A stretch of DNA of 64,000 nt from Candidatus Multivoradales bacterium (lineage in GTDB: Bacteria; Acidobacteriota; Thermoanaerobaculia; Multivoradales; JAHEKO01), in the NCBI GenBank assembly GCA_965223855.1, contig CBDCXM010000009.1, positions 224,001 to 288,000 of the forward strand, read 5' to 3'. Below are positions 17,894 through 28,377 of this stretch, piece after piece (position 1 is the stretch's first letter; each line of letters begins with the position of its first letter). Position numbers and translations under genes: made by a program. The notes beneath the pieces were generated by a model. That model did no database searches. It worked only from the letters and a program-made list of their open reading frames with translations, and had not been told where the DNA came from.

Positions 17894-19051
17894 CTGGCAC
17901 GAACCCGCCGTTCACGTCCGAGCCCCCGTCCGAACCCCGGTCTGAGTAGAGAGCAGCTCGTCGCTCTCAACGCCGACCTCGAGCTGCCCCGCGGGGCGGT
18001 GTGTGCCCTCGCTCGCAGCGAGATCTCCTGGTGGAGGGAAGCGAAGGCCACGGACGCACTCGCTGCCGGGGTCGGCGTCTCCCGGTCGAACCTGAAGCGA
18101 GGCCTCGCGAGCCTGAAGCTCTCGGCCGAAACGTATCGGCGCGAGTCGGAGCTCGCCGCCGAGGCCGATTCGGCCATCGTGACCGCGTGCGACGACGACT
18201 ACCCCGAGCGGCTGCGCGAGCTCGCCCTGCCACCCCCGGTCCTCTATGTCGCCGGGCACCTGCCTGAGCGCCCCGCACTCGCCGTCGTCGGCTCGCGTCT
18301 CGCCTCCGCCTATGCACGCGACGTCACGACCGGCCTCGCCGGCGAGCTCGCCGGTCGCGGTCTCGTCATCGTTTCCGGGTTCGCCCGCGGTGTCGATACC
18401 GCGGCCCACCGCGCCGCCGCCGAGGCGCCGGAAGGGATGACGGTCGCCTTTCTCGGTTGCGGCATCGACGTCGAGTACCCGCGCGGACGACGGCGCCTCA
18501 CCGAGGCGATCGTGCGACGGGGAGCGGTGGCGAGCGAGTTCCCGTGCGGCACCCAGCCGCTGCCGCGGAACTTCCCCGTTCGCAATCGCCTGATCTCCGC
18601 CTTCGGCGACTGCGGCACCCTCGTGGTCGAGGCGACCGCCCGCTCCGGCTCCCTGATCACCGCCAGGCTGGCGCTCGAACTCGGCCGCAACGTGTTCGCC
18701 GTCCCCGGCCGGATCTTCGACGACAAGGCGCGCGGCCCCAACACGCTGATCCGCGACGGCGCGTTCCCGGTCCAGCATCCCGGGGACGTCCTCATCACAC
18801 TGAACCAGGGGCAACGCGAGGCTCTCGGCGAGGAGCAAGAGGGTGCCGCCGGACCGGCGCCTCGACTGCCACCCGACCTCGAGGCCGTCTGGGAGCGGAT
18901 CGCCCCGGGAGAGCGCGTCGGCATGGAGACCCTGTTGGAGGAAAGCGGGCTTTCCGCGGCCGAGGTGAACAGTGCCTTGCTCGAGCTAGAGCTCGGCGGC
19001 TGGGTGCGAAGGCACCCCGGGCCTGCCTACAGCCGTTCGGAGATCTGGTGA
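17894..19051 (+). CDS. dprA: DNA-processing protein DprA (probable CTG start at 17894; first standard start GTG 17999)
   Basis: DYPERLREL..PPPVLY, AVVGSR, IVSGFARGVDTAAH, FPVRNRLI, VVEATARSGSLITA, FAVPG; AAGGAG 7 nt before CTG 17894, in frame. Confidence 0.92.
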   Translation: MARTRRSRPSPRPNPGLSREQLVALNADLELPRGAVCALARSEISWWREAKATDALAAGVGVSRSNLKRGLASLKLSAETYRRESELAAEADSAIVTACDDDYPERLRELALPPPVLYVAGHLPERPALAVVGSRLASAYARDVTTGLAGELAGRGLVIVSGFARGVDTAAHRAAAEAPEGMTVAFLGCGIDVEYPRGRRRLTEAIVRRGAVASEFPCGTQPLPRNFPVRNRLISAFGDCGTLVVEATARSGSLITARLALELGRNVFAVPGRIFDDKARGPNTLIRDGAFPVQHPGDVLITLNQGQREALGEEQEGAAGPAPRLPPDLEAVWERIAPGERVGMETLLEESGLSAAEVNSALLELELGGWVRRHPGPAYSRSEIW

Positions 19052-19158
19052 GAGACGCTTTCCGCCCTGTGGTAACGTCCCCGCCCGCTGCGGCGCCCGA
19101 GATGCCGGGCGCAGCAGATTTCCGGCATTTCTGAACGGTTTTCGCGGAGTTCCGACAA

Positions 19159-21768
19159 GTGGGTAAGAGCCTCGTCATCGTCGAGTCGCCGGCCAAGGCC
19201 AAGACTCTCTCGCGCATCCTCGGCAGCGACTACGTCGTCGAGGCGAGCTACGGCCACGTGCGCGATCTGCCGGGTGGCGCCGACCAGATTCCGGCCAAGT
19301 TCAAGAAGGAGAAGTGGGCTCGGCTCGGGGTCAACGTCGACAAGGACTTCGAGCCGCTCTACATCGTCTCCTCGGACAAGAAGCGCCAGATCTCGACGCT
19401 CAAGAAGGCGCTGAAGGAGGCCGACGAGGTCCTGCTCGCGACCGATGAAGATCGCGAAGGGGAGAGCATCTCGTGGCACGTGCTCGAGGTGCTCAAACCG
19501 AAGGTTCCGGTGCGCCGCATCGCCTTCCACGAGATCACCGACGAGGCGATTCACGCCGCCCTCGAAAGCCCGCGAGACATCGACGAGAACCTCGTCCGGG
19601 CGCAGGAGAGCCGGCGGATTCTCGATCGGCTGTTCGGCTACGAGCTGTCGCCGGTGCTGTGGAAGAAGGTCCGCACCGGGCTGTCGGCGGGACGGGTGCA
19701 GAGCGTCGCCGTGCGGCTATGCGTGCTTCGCGAGCGGGCGCGGCGACGCTTCCGGCGCGCTTCGTACTGGGATGTCGAGGCGACCTTCGAGAAGGACGGC
19801 ACGCAGTTCACCGCGCGGCTCGCGCGCATCGGCGATCAGGCGGTCGCGGCGGGCAAGGACTTCGACGCCGACACCGGCGCACTGTCGGACAAGTCGAAGG
19901 CACTGTGGATCGAGAGCGAAGCGGACGCCGAGCGGCTGCTCGCCGGCTGGCAGACGCCGTGGACCGTCGCCTCGGTCACCGAGAAGCCGTTCCAGCGCAA
20001 GGCGGCGCCACCCTTCACCACCTCTTCCCTGCAGCAGGAGGCGAATCGCAAGTTCCGCTTCTCGGCGCGGCACACGATGAGTGTGGCGCAGCGGCTCTAC
20101 GAGGGGATCGAGCTCGGTGGCGACCGCGTCGGCCTCATCACGTACATGCGTACCGATTCGCTGGCGCTGTCCAACAAGGCGCTCGCCGACGCTCAGTCGG
20201 TGATCCTCGAGCGCTACGGCAAGGACTACACCGAGGGCCCGAAGGTCTACAAGACGAAGTCCAAGGGTGCCCAGGAGGCTCACGAGGCGATCCGCCCGAC
20301 AGAGATCGCGCGCACGCCGCGGGAGATGCGCAAGTACCTCACCGAGGACGAGGCGAAGATCTACGACCTCATCTGGAAGCGCACCATCGCCAGCCAGATG
20401 ACCCGCGCGAGGCTCAAGCGGACTTCGATCGAGATTGCCGCCGAGGGTACGGGCAACGGTAGCGAGGTGCCACGGGGCATCTTCACCGCCAGCGGCCAGA
20501 CGATCGAGTTCCCCGGTTTCCTGCGTGCCTATGTCGAGGGGACCGACGACCCGAGCGCCGACCTCGCCGATTCCGAGCACCTGTTGCCGAAGCTGGTTGC
20601 CGACGAGCAGGTCACGCCGCTCGACGCCGCCGCCAGCGGGCACGAGACTCAGCCGCCGGCGCGCTACACCGAGGCGAGCCTCATCAAGGAGCTCGAGAAG
20701 GAAGGGATCGGCCGGCCTTCGACCTACGCCTCGATCATCGACACCATCCAGCGACGCGGCTACGTCGAGAAGCAGGGCAACGCGCTCGTGCCGACCTTCA
20801 CCGCACACGCCGTCACCCAACTGCTCGAAAAACACTTCGCCGACTACGTCGATACCCGCTTCACCGCCCGCATGGAGGAACAGCTCGACGACATTGCCGG
20901 CGGAGATCTCGACTGGCTCGAGCACCTGCGCACCTTCTATTTCGGCGCCGGCGAAGAGGCGGGGCTCGAGAGGCGCATCGAGACCGAGCAGCCGAACATC
21001 GACTATCCCGCCATGTCGCTCGGCGACCACCCCGAGACCGGAGCTCCAGTGGTGGTCCGGGTCGGTCGCTATGGCCCCTACCTGCAGCACCGCATCAGCG
21101 AAGACGAGAAGCAGTCGGCCACTCTCCCCGACGGCGTGGCGCCGGCCGACCTGACGCTCGAGCTGGCGGTCGAACTGATCGCCAAGGCGGCCAAGGGCAA
21201 TCAGGAGCTCGGCGCCGACCCCGAGACCGGCGAGACGATCTACCTGTGCCGCGGCCGCTTCGGCCCCTACGTCCAGGTCGGTGAGACGCCGGAACGAGGA
21301 TCGAAGGCGCCGAAGCCGAAGCGCGCTTCGGTGCCCAAGGGGATGACGGAGGAGGAGGTCAACCTCGCACTGGCTCTCAAGTGGCTGTCGCTGCCGCGAA
21401 ACCTCGGTGTCGATCCCGACAGCGGCGAGGAGATCGTGGCGATGTCGGGACGCTACGGGCCCTACATCAAGCGCGGCTCGGACACCCGCTCGCTGACCGA
21501 CGAGGACGATGTCTACGAGATCGAGCTGCCGCGAGCTCTCGAGCTGCTCTCGCAACCCAAGGCGCGCGGACGGCGCGGGCCGAAGGTGCTCAAGCAGTTC
21601 AGCGATGGGCTCCAGTTGCTCGACGGGCGCTACGGCCCCTACCTCACCAACGGCGAGCTCAACGCCTCGCTGCCGCGCGACGTCAGCGCCGCCAAGCTCG
21701 AAGAGGCGCAGGCGAAGCAACTGCTCGCCGAGCGGGGCAAGCCGCCGAAGCGCAAACGCAAGGGCTGA
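19159..21768 (+). CDS. topA: DNA topoisomerase I with C-terminal Toprim_C repeats
   Basis: LVIVESPAKAKT, ATDEDREGE, SAGRVQS, ITYMRTDS (catalytic Tyr), QEAHEAIRPT, GIGRPSTY; repeated GRYGPY. Confidence 0.97.
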   Translation: MGKSLVIVESPAKAKTLSRILGSDYVVEASYGHVRDLPGGADQIPAKFKKEKWARLGVNVDKDFEPLYIVSSDKKRQISTLKKALKEADEVLLATDEDREGESISWHVLEVLKPKVPVRRIAFHEITDEAIHAALESPRDIDENLVRAQESRRILDRLFGYELSPVLWKKVRTGLSAGRVQSVAVRLCVLRERARRRFRRASYWDVEATFEKDGTQFTARLARIGDQAVAAGKDFDADTGALSDKSKALWIESEADAERLLAGWQTPWTVASVTEKPFQRKAAPPFTTSSLQQEANRKFRFSARHTMSVAQRLYEGIELGGDRVGLITYMRTDSLALSNKALADAQSVILERYGKDYTEGPKVYKTKSKGAQEAHEAIRPTEIARTPREMRKYLTEDEAKIYDLIWKRTIASQMTRARLKRTSIEIAAEGTGNGSEVPRGIFTASGQTIEFPGFLRAYVEGTDDPSADLADSEHLLPKLVADEQVTPLDAAASGHETQPPARYTEASLIKELEKEGIGRPSTYASIIDTIQRRGYVEKQGNALVPTFTAHAVTQLLEKHFADYVDTRFTARMEEQLDDIAGGDLDWLEHLRTFYFGAGEEAGLERRIETEQPNIDYPAMSLGDHPETGAPVVVRVGRYGPYLQHRISEDEKQSATLPDGVAPADLTLELAVELIAKAAKGNQELGADPETGETIYLCRGRFGPYVQVGETPERGSKAPKPKRASVPKGMTEEEVNLALALKWLSLPRNLGVDPDSGEEIVAMSGRYGPYIKRGSDTRSLTDEDDVYEIELPRALELLSQPKARGRRGPKVLKQFSDGLQLLDGRYGPYLTNGELNASLPRDVSAAKLEEAQAKQLLAERGKPPKRKRKG

Positions 21769-21796
21769 GCACCCCCTTCGACCGGCGTCTCCTTCC

Positions 21797-21802
21797 TATA
21801 AT
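21797..21802 (+). promoter_or_regulatory. TATAAT -10 element 6 nt before the trmFO start (leaderless-type promoter)
   Basis: Consensus TATAAT-ctgccg-GTG, no Shine-Dalgarno. Confidence 0.7.
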
Positions 21803-21808
21803 CTGCCG

Positions 21809-23188
21809 GTGACCGAAGCGATTCACGTCGTCGGCGGAGGGCTCGCCGGTACCGAGTGCGCCTATCAACTGGCCGAGCGCGGCCTCGCGGTGGTCCTCCA
21901 CGAGATGCGGCCGGAGCGCTCGACGCCGGCGCACAAGACCGGCGACCTCGCCGAGCTGGTATGCAGCAACAGCTTGCGCAGCGACGATCCGTTCCACGCC
22001 GCCGGCCTCCTGAAGCGCGAGATGGAGCGCTTCGACTCCCTCGTCATCGCCAGCGCCCGGGCGGCGGCGGTGCCGGCCGGCAGTGCGCTCGCGGTCGATC
22101 GCGAGCGGTTCGCCAGGGCGGTCACGAGCGCGCTCGAGACTCACCCGGCGATCGAGATCCGGCGTGCCGAGGTCATGGAACTGCCGGCCGGCGACGTCGT
22201 CCTCGCCACCGGGCCGCTGACGAGCGAGGCGATGGCCGAGCGCCTCGGCGAGTTGCTGGGTGACGAGTACCTGTACTTCTACGACTCGATCGCTCCGATC
22301 GTCGATGCGACGACCCTCGACATGGAGAGGCTCTACTGGAAGTCGCGCTACGACAAGGGAGACGGCGCCGACTACCTCAACGTGCCGCTCGACGAGGACG
22401 AGTACCTCGCCTTCCATCGCGCGATCACCGAGGCGGAGGTGCTGCCGCTTCACGACTTCGAGGAGGCGCTCTTCTTCGACGGGTGCCTGCCGATCGAGGA
22501 GCTCGCGCGCCGAGGTGTCGACACGCTGCGCTACGGCCCGATGAAGCCGGTCGGCCTGGAGCGACCGGACGGCTCGCGCCCATGGGCGGTCGTGCAGTTG
22601 CGCCGCGAGAGCCTCGCTCACGAGCACATGAACCTCGTCGGCTTCCAGAGTCGCATGAAGTGGGGTGAACAGAAGCGGGTCTTCGGCGCGCTCCCGGGGT
22701 TTGCCGACGCCGAGTTCGTCCGTCTCGGGCAGGTCCATCGCAACACCTTCCTCAACGCACCGACCCATCTGGATCGCTGGTACAGGCTGCACCGTCACCC
22801 GCGCATCCGCATCGCCGGTCAGATCACCGGCGTCGAGGGATATCTCGAATCGGCGGCGACCGGCCTCGCGGTGGCGCTCTACCTCTCGCTCGAGAGCCGC
22901 GACATCGATGCGGCACCGCTGCCGCCCGACACTGCGCTCGGAGCGCTGATGCGCCACCTCGTCGAGTCGAACCCGAAGCGCTTCCAGCCCGCCAACATCA
23001 ACTACGGCCTCTTCCCCGACCTGGAGCGACGGGTCCCGAAACGCGAGAAGCGCGCAGCCCACGCCGAACGGGCGCACCGCTCGCTCGAGCGCTGGGCACG
23101 GCTCCACACGATCGAGTTGGCGGCGACCGCCGAGGCGGGGCCGCCCGCCCCCGACACCCGGACCCCGCCCGTGCCGGCAGCCGGCTGA
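21809..23188 (+). CDS. trmFO: Folate/FAD-dependent tRNA (uracil-54) methyltransferase TrmFO
   Basis: VVGGGLAG, AELVCSNS, ATGPLTS, FFDGCLPIE, GPMKPVGL, HRNTF, AGQITGVEGY; start GTG 21809. Confidence 0.96.
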   Translation: MTEAIHVVGGGLAGTECAYQLAERGLAVVLHEMRPERSTPAHKTGDLAELVCSNSLRSDDPFHAAGLLKREMERFDSLVIASARAAAVPAGSALAVDRERFARAVTSALETHPAIEIRRAEVMELPAGDVVLATGPLTSEAMAERLGELLGDEYLYFYDSIAPIVDATTLDMERLYWKSRYDKGDGADYLNVPLDEDEYLAFHRAITEAEVLPLHDFEEALFFDGCLPIEELARRGVDTLRYGPMKPVGLERPDGSRPWAVVQLRRESLAHEHMNLVGFQSRMKWGEQKRVFGALPGFADAEFVRLGQVHRNTFLNAPTHLDRWYRLHRHPRIRIAGQITGVEGYLESAATGLAVALYLSLESRDIDAAPLPPDTALGALMRHLVESNPKRFQPANINYGLFPDLERRVPKREKRAAHAERAHRSLERWARLHTIELAATAEAGPPAPDTRTPPVPAAG

Positions 23189-23190
23189 CG

Positions 23191-24114
23191 ATGCGCGGCC
23201 TGATCGAGCGGTTTCTCGAACACCTCGAAGCGGATCGGCAGCTCTCGCCGCACACGGTGCGTGCCTACCGCGGCGACACCGAGCGGTTTCTCGCCTTCCT
23301 CGTCGACTACCTAGGGGTCGAAGCCGATCGCGTCTCGCCCGACGACGTCGATGCGGGAGCGGTTCGCGCCTTCCTCGCGGCTCTGACCCACAGTGGCACC
23401 GCACCGAGCAGCCGCGCGAGAGCACTCTCGGCCGTGCGCACACTCCTCGGCCACGCCTGTCGCGAGGGCCGGCTCGAACACAATCCCGCCGCCTCGGTGC
23501 GGGCTCCGAAGCAGGAGAAGCGGCTCCCTCGCCATTTGCGCCCCGGCGAGATCGAGGAGTTGATCGAAGGGGTCGACGGCGACGAGCCGCTCGAGCGCCG
23601 CGATCGCGCGGTCCTCGAGCTGCTCTACGCGTCCGGCCTGCGAGTGGGCGAGCTCGTCGGCCTCGACTGGAGCGATCTCGATCGCAACGGCCGCGTGCTG
23701 CGCGTCCTCGGTAAGGGGGGAAAGGAGCGGATGGTGCCGTTCGGCGCGCCGGCAGCGGAGGCACTCGATCGCTGGCGGCAGTGCTGGAACGACCTGCGCG
23801 AGCCGTCGGAGGCGGCTGGAGACGAGATGCCGGTGTTTCTCAACTATCGCGGAGGTCGGCTCTCCGCCCGCTCGGTGCGGAGGATCCTCGACCGTGCCGT
23901 CGCCGCCGCTGCGGTGGCCACCGGCGTCCACCCTCATACGCTGCGCCACACCTTCGCCACGCACCTGCTCGAAGGGGGCGCCGACCTGCGTTCGATCCAG
24001 GAGCTGCTGGGCCACAGCTCGCTCGCCACCACCCAGCGCTACACCCACGTCGACATCGACCGGCTGCTCGCCGTCTACCGCGAGTCCCACCCCCACGCGC
24101 GGGACGGCGACTGA
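23191..24114 (+). CDS. xerC: Tyrosine recombinase XerC
   Basis: SPHTVRAY, LELLYASGLRVGEL, GKGGKER, HPHTLRHTFATHLL, QELLGH...TTQRY; trmFO-xerC-hslVU context. Confidence 0.92.
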   Translation: MRGLIERFLEHLEADRQLSPHTVRAYRGDTERFLAFLVDYLGVEADRVSPDDVDAGAVRAFLAALTHSGTAPSSRARALSAVRTLLGHACREGRLEHNPAASVRAPKQEKRLPRHLRPGEIEELIEGVDGDEPLERRDRAVLELLYASGLRVGELVGLDWSDLDRNGRVLRVLGKGGKERMVPFGAPAAEALDRWRQCWNDLREPSEAAGDEMPVFLNYRGGRLSARSVRRILDRAVAAAAVATGVHPHTLRHTFATHLLEGGADLRSIQELLGHSSLATTQRYTHVDIDRLLAVYRESHPHARDGD

Positions 24115-24140
24115 CGCCCCGGCTATGGCATCCTCGCGTC

Positions 24141-24665
24141 GTGCCTAACGTCGAGTCAGCGCAACGTTTCGACTGTTCCGTCGCCGGAGAGATCGCCAGG
24201 GGCCGCCGGACTCTGGCGGGGCTGCTGCTCGGCCTGAGCCTCGCGATGGTCGCGCTGGCGGTTCCGGTGTGGATGGCCGAGCGTCGGATGCCGGCGCTGC
24301 TGTGCGTGGGGGTCGCGTTCGTCCTGTGGACCGCGTGGCGGATGAGCGGCGATCTCGACCTGTTCTGGATCGAGCTCGATCGCGACCGGCTGGCCCTTCA
24401 GATGCGGCGGCAGCGGCTCGACCTCCCGCTGCTGGCGCCGCGCGGCCGACGGCTCGACGAGGAGGAACGCGCCCACGTCGCGCGCCTCGCGTCGCGCGGC
24501 ATGGTGGTCGCCGGCACGGGCGGGTTCGACTCCCATCGGCTCGGCGAGTTCAACCTCTACGCCTCCGACCTCTCGCACGCCGTGCTGCTCGACACCGGCG
24601 ACAGCCGACTCGTCGTGACCCCCGACGATCCGGACGGCTTCCTGGCTGCGCTCGAGAGCCTCTGA
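24141..24665 (+). CDS. Hypothetical membrane protein (2 TM helices plus possible bacterial PH-like domain)
   Basis: Two hydrophobic segments, then GGFDSHRLGEFNLYASD...LVVTPDDPDGFL; GTG 24141. Confidence 0.7.
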   Translation: MPNVESAQRFDCSVAGEIARGRRTLAGLLLGLSLAMVALAVPVWMAERRMPALLCVGVAFVLWTAWRMSGDLDLFWIELDRDRLALQMRRQRLDLPLLAPRGRRLDEEERAHVARLASRGMVVAGTGGFDSHRLGEFNLYASDLSHAVLLDTGDSRLVVTPDDPDGFLAALESL

Positions 24666-24777
24666 CTCGCCGCTCGCGCCGCCGTCCGACCGCCCGGAAT
24701 GCCGGTGTATCCTGCGCCGTAGCTCAGCGGACGGCTCCCCCCAACCCGGGCCGGACTCGAGCCGCAGGAGACATCCC

Positions 24778-25312
24778 TTGAAGACCAAAGCGACAACCGT
24801 ACTGATGGTTCGCCGTGACGGCGGCACCTGCATGGTGAGTGACGGCCAGGTGACCCTCGGAGAGACCGTCCTCAAGGCCGGTGCCGCCAAGGTGCAAGCG
24901 CGTCGGCGACGGCAAGGTGCTGGTCGGGTTTGCGGGTGGCGCGGCCGACGGGCTCGCGTTGCTCTCGCGCTTCGAGGCCAAGCTCGAGCAGTACTCGGGC
25001 AACCTCGAGCGCGCCGTCGTCGAACTGGCCAAGGACTGGCGCACCGATCGGGTGCTGCGCCAGCTGCAGGCGCAGATGATCGTCGCAGACGCCGAGCGCT
25101 CCTATCTCGTCTCTGGCAACGGTGATCTGTTGCAACCGGACGACGACGGCCTGATCGCCATCGGCTCCGGCTCGAACTACGCCCTGGCCGCCGCCCGCGC
25201 CCTGTTCCGCCACACCTCGATGTCGGCGACCCAGATCGCTCGCGAAGCGATGCTCGTCGCCGCCGAGATCTGCATCTACACCAACGACCACCTGACCCTC
25301 GAGGAAGTGTGA
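24778..25312 (+). CDS. hslV: ATP-dependent protease subunit HslV, split by a +1 frameshift near 24894 (probably an assembly error)
   Basis: AGGAG RBS; [16 protein letters not shown] in one frame and [29 protein letters not shown] in the next; aag gtg c aag cgc has one extra base. Confidence 0.92.
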
Positions 25313-26706
25313 GCCTGTTCACCAGCCGTCCCCCCGATCTCGACGACCTGCCGCCGCGCCAGATCGTCGCCGAGCTCGACAAGTACATCGTCGGTCAGCA
25401 CGACGCCAAGCGCGCCGTGGCCATCGCCCTGCGCAACCGCTGGCGGCGGCGCCAGCTCGAGCCGGAGCTGGCGGAAGAGGTGCTGCCGAAGAACATCCTG
25501 ATGATCGGCCCCACCGGCGTCGGCAAGACCGAGATCGCACGCCGCCTCGCGCGACTCGCGAGAGCTCCGTTCTCGAAGGTCGAGGCGAGCAAGTTCACCG
25601 AGGTCGGGTACGTCGGCCGCGACGTCGAGTCGATGATCCGCGACCTCGTCGAGACGGCGGTCGGGATGGTCCGCAAGGAGCGCCGTGAGGAGGTGCGCGA
25701 GGCCGCCGAGCGCCACGCCGAGGACCGGTTGCTCGAGCTCCTCGTGCCGGTCCAGAAGCCGAAGCCGGTCCAGCCGGTCGCCGACGACGACCCGGGCCCG
25801 GAGGCCGCACCCGCCCCCGTGGACGACCTGGCCGCCACGCGCGAGAAGTTCCGCGACAGGCTGCGACGCGGCGCGCTCGACGAACGGGAGATCGAGGTCG
25901 AGGTGCAGGACTCGGGCTCCCAGCGGCTGGAGATGTTCACCCCTCAGGGGATCGAGGAGGTCGGCATCAACCTCAAGGAGATGATGCCGGGGCTCTTCTC
26001 GCGCACCCAGAAGCGCAAGATGACGGTCGCCGAGGCGCGCAGCGTTCTCGTCGAGCAGGAGTCGGACAAGCTGCTGGACGAGCACAAGATCACCCAGGAC
26101 GCGCGACGCCGGGTGGAGCAGGACGGCATCCTCTTCCTCGACGAGATCGACAAGGTCGCCGGCCGCGAGTCGAGCCACGGCCCCGACGTGTCGCGGGAGG
26201 GCGTGCAACGTGACCTGCTGCCGATCGTCGAGGGATGCACCGTGGCGACGAAGTACGGCCCTGTCAAGACGGACCACATCCTCTTCCTCGCCGCCGGCGC
26301 CTTCCACGTCAGCAAGCCCGCCGACCTGATCCCGGAGCTGCAGGGACGCTTCCCGATCCGGGTCGAGCTGCAGGCGCTGACGGAGGAGGACCTCGCCAGG
26401 ATCCTCACCGAGCCCGACAACGCGCTCACCCGGCAGTACGCCGCACTGCTCGGAGCCGAGGGAGTCCGGGTCGATTTCACTCCCGACGCGATCGAAGAGA
26501 TCGCCCGGCTCGCGGTCGAAGTCAACGCCAGCACGGAGAACATCGGCGCCCGGCGGCTCGCAACCCTGTTGGAGAAGCTGCTGGAAGATGTATCGTTCGA
26601 GGCTCCGGACATGGAGGGGGTGAAGGTCAAGGTCGATCGGGCCTACGTCCAGCGCGCTCTTCAGGACATCGTCGAGAATCGTGACCTGAGCCGCTATGTT
26701 CTCTGA
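25309..26706 (+). CDS. hslU: ATP-dependent protease ATPase subunit HslU
   Basis: [65 protein letters not shown]. Confidence 0.97.
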   Translation: MSLFTSRPPDLDDLPPRQIVAELDKYIVGQHDAKRAVAIALRNRWRRRQLEPELAEEVLPKNILMIGPTGVGKTEIARRLARLARAPFSKVEASKFTEVGYVGRDVESMIRDLVETAVGMVRKERREEVREAAERHAEDRLLELLVPVQKPKPVQPVADDDPGPEAAPAPVDDLAATREKFRDRLRRGALDEREIEVEVQDSGSQRLEMFTPQGIEEVGINLKEMMPGLFSRTQKRKMTVAEARSVLVEQESDKLLDEHKITQDARRRVEQDGILFLDEIDKVAGRESSHGPDVSREGVQRDLLPIVEGCTVATKYGPVKTDHILFLAAGAFHVSKPADLIPELQGRFPIRVELQALTEEDLARILTEPDNALTRQYAALLGAEGVRVDFTPDAIEEIARLAVEVNASTENIGARRLATLLEKLLEDVSFEAPDMEGVKVKVDRAYVQRALQDIVENRDLSRYVL

Positions 26707-28376
26707 TCGCAGCCGGGGACTCCCCGTGCCCCTCGCCCTGCTGTTGGTGTCGCTCGCCGGCCTCGCGGTCGGCTGCGGCCACAAGAAGCCGCCCATCCCT
26801 CCGCCGCTCAAGCAGCCTCAGGCGGGCACGATCGTCCTGGAGCAGAGGGGCAGCGAAGCGTTCGTCACCTTCGCCTATCCGACGCTCACGGTCAGTGGCA
26901 CCGCGCTCTCGGGCGTCGAGCGCATCGAACTGTGGCGGCTGCAACAGGAGGTACCGGCCTTCGCCCTCGACATCATGGCCCGCGAGTCTCTGGCTCGCGA
27001 ACGGGCCGAGGCGCTGTTGCTGGAGAACGGCCTCGGACCGACCGGCCTGCCGCTCGTCCCGATCGACCCCGAGACCGGCCTGCCGATCACAAGCCCGATC
27101 GACCCCCTGACGGGCGAGCCGGCGGCCGCAGACTCCATGGCCGCCGAACCCGCACCCGGTGAGCCCACCGCGACCGCCGATCCCGCGAGCGCCAGGACTG
27201 GCGAGGCCACCACCGAGGCGGGCGGAGAGGATGCCGAGGGAGAGGGCGCCGAGACTGAGGAGGAGGAGCTCGACGAGGAGCTCCAGGCCGACATCGACGC
27301 CGCGGTGACGCTGTTGCGCAGTCCGGAGCGGTCGATCGAGGAGTTCCTGTCGGCGACCCCCGACGACTTCCGGGCGGAGGCGGAGATGATCGCCGAGATC
27401 GAAAGTGAGGCGATCTCCGCCGCCGTCGTCGGGGAGTCGATCGTGCTGAGAACCGACGTGCCCCTGCCGGAGAGATCGATGGACGAGCTCGTCGCCGAGC
27501 TGGCAGAGGAGCTGGCAGCGGAAGAGCAGGCGGCAGAGCAGGCGGCCCGGGAGGCGGCGGCGCTCGAGGAGAGCGCGGAGGAGGGCGCGGAGGAGAACGA
27601 AGAGCCGACGGACCCGGCCGCCTCCGACGAGGACTCCGGAGAGCTCTTCTCCCATCGACGAACCGATGGATGAAGACGAGCCGATGGACGAGGAGCCGGA
27701 GGTGGACCCGCTCTACGGGTTCCTCTACTCGATCCGCATCTTCCCCACCGACGGTCGACCTTCCGACTTCGCCCCGCTCGTGGGCCTCTTCCCGCTGCGC
27801 CCCCCGCCACCGCCGAGTGACGTCGAGGTCGAAGCGGCCGCGGCCGCGATCGAAGTGACGTGGGAGTCCGAAGAGGATCCGAAGAACGGCTTCCGGGTCT
27901 ATCGCCGCGAAGCCAAGTCGCGGCTCTACGGCCCGGCGGTCGGGACCCTTCCCGGCTCGTCGCGCAGCTACCGGGACGCCTCCGCGATCTACGGCGCCCG
28001 CTACATCTACGGGGTGACGGCCGTCGGTCGCGCTAATCCACTGATCGAGAGCGAGATCCCGTCGGAGCACGAGGTCGACTACCAGGATCGCTTCGGCCCG
28101 GAGAAGCCGGGCAATCTGGTCGCGTTCCCCGAGGCCAGCAGGATCCGACTGCTGTGGGACGCCTCGAACGCCGCCGACTTCGCCGGCTATCGGATCTATC
28201 GGCGCGCGGAAGGCAGCGAAGAGGAGATCCTGGTCACCGAGGAGCTCGTGACCCGCAGCCAGTACGTCGACGAAAGCGTGCTGTCCGGGCAGGTGTGGTT
28301 CTACAGCGTGACCTCCGTGGACGCCCTGGGCAACACCAGCGACCCGGCGAAGGAGATCCGGGTCCAGGTCCCCTGA
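26696..28376 (+). CDS. Lipoprotein with acidic low-complexity insert and C-terminal fibronectin-III-like domains, split by a +1 frameshift near 27652
   Basis: Lipobox LAVGC then GHKKPPIPP; removing one C from ttc tcc cat joins [13 protein letters not shown]; Fn3 cues [43 protein letters not shown]. Confidence 0.75.
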
Positions 28377-28377
28377 C

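Noticed and set aside
23191-24114. Tyrosine recombinase as a phage or island integrase
   Set aside because: Size, motifs and trmFO/hslVU context fit chromosomal XerC; no att repeats or cargo
24709-24735. gcgccgtagctcagcgga resembles a tRNA 5' end/D-arm
   Set aside because: No anticodon arm, T-loop or acceptor complement follows; it lies in the hslV leader
27230-27700. GAG/GCG-rich repetitive DNA
   Set aside because: Encodes the Glu/Ala-rich linker of the lipoprotein; no fixed repeat-spacer period, not CRISPR
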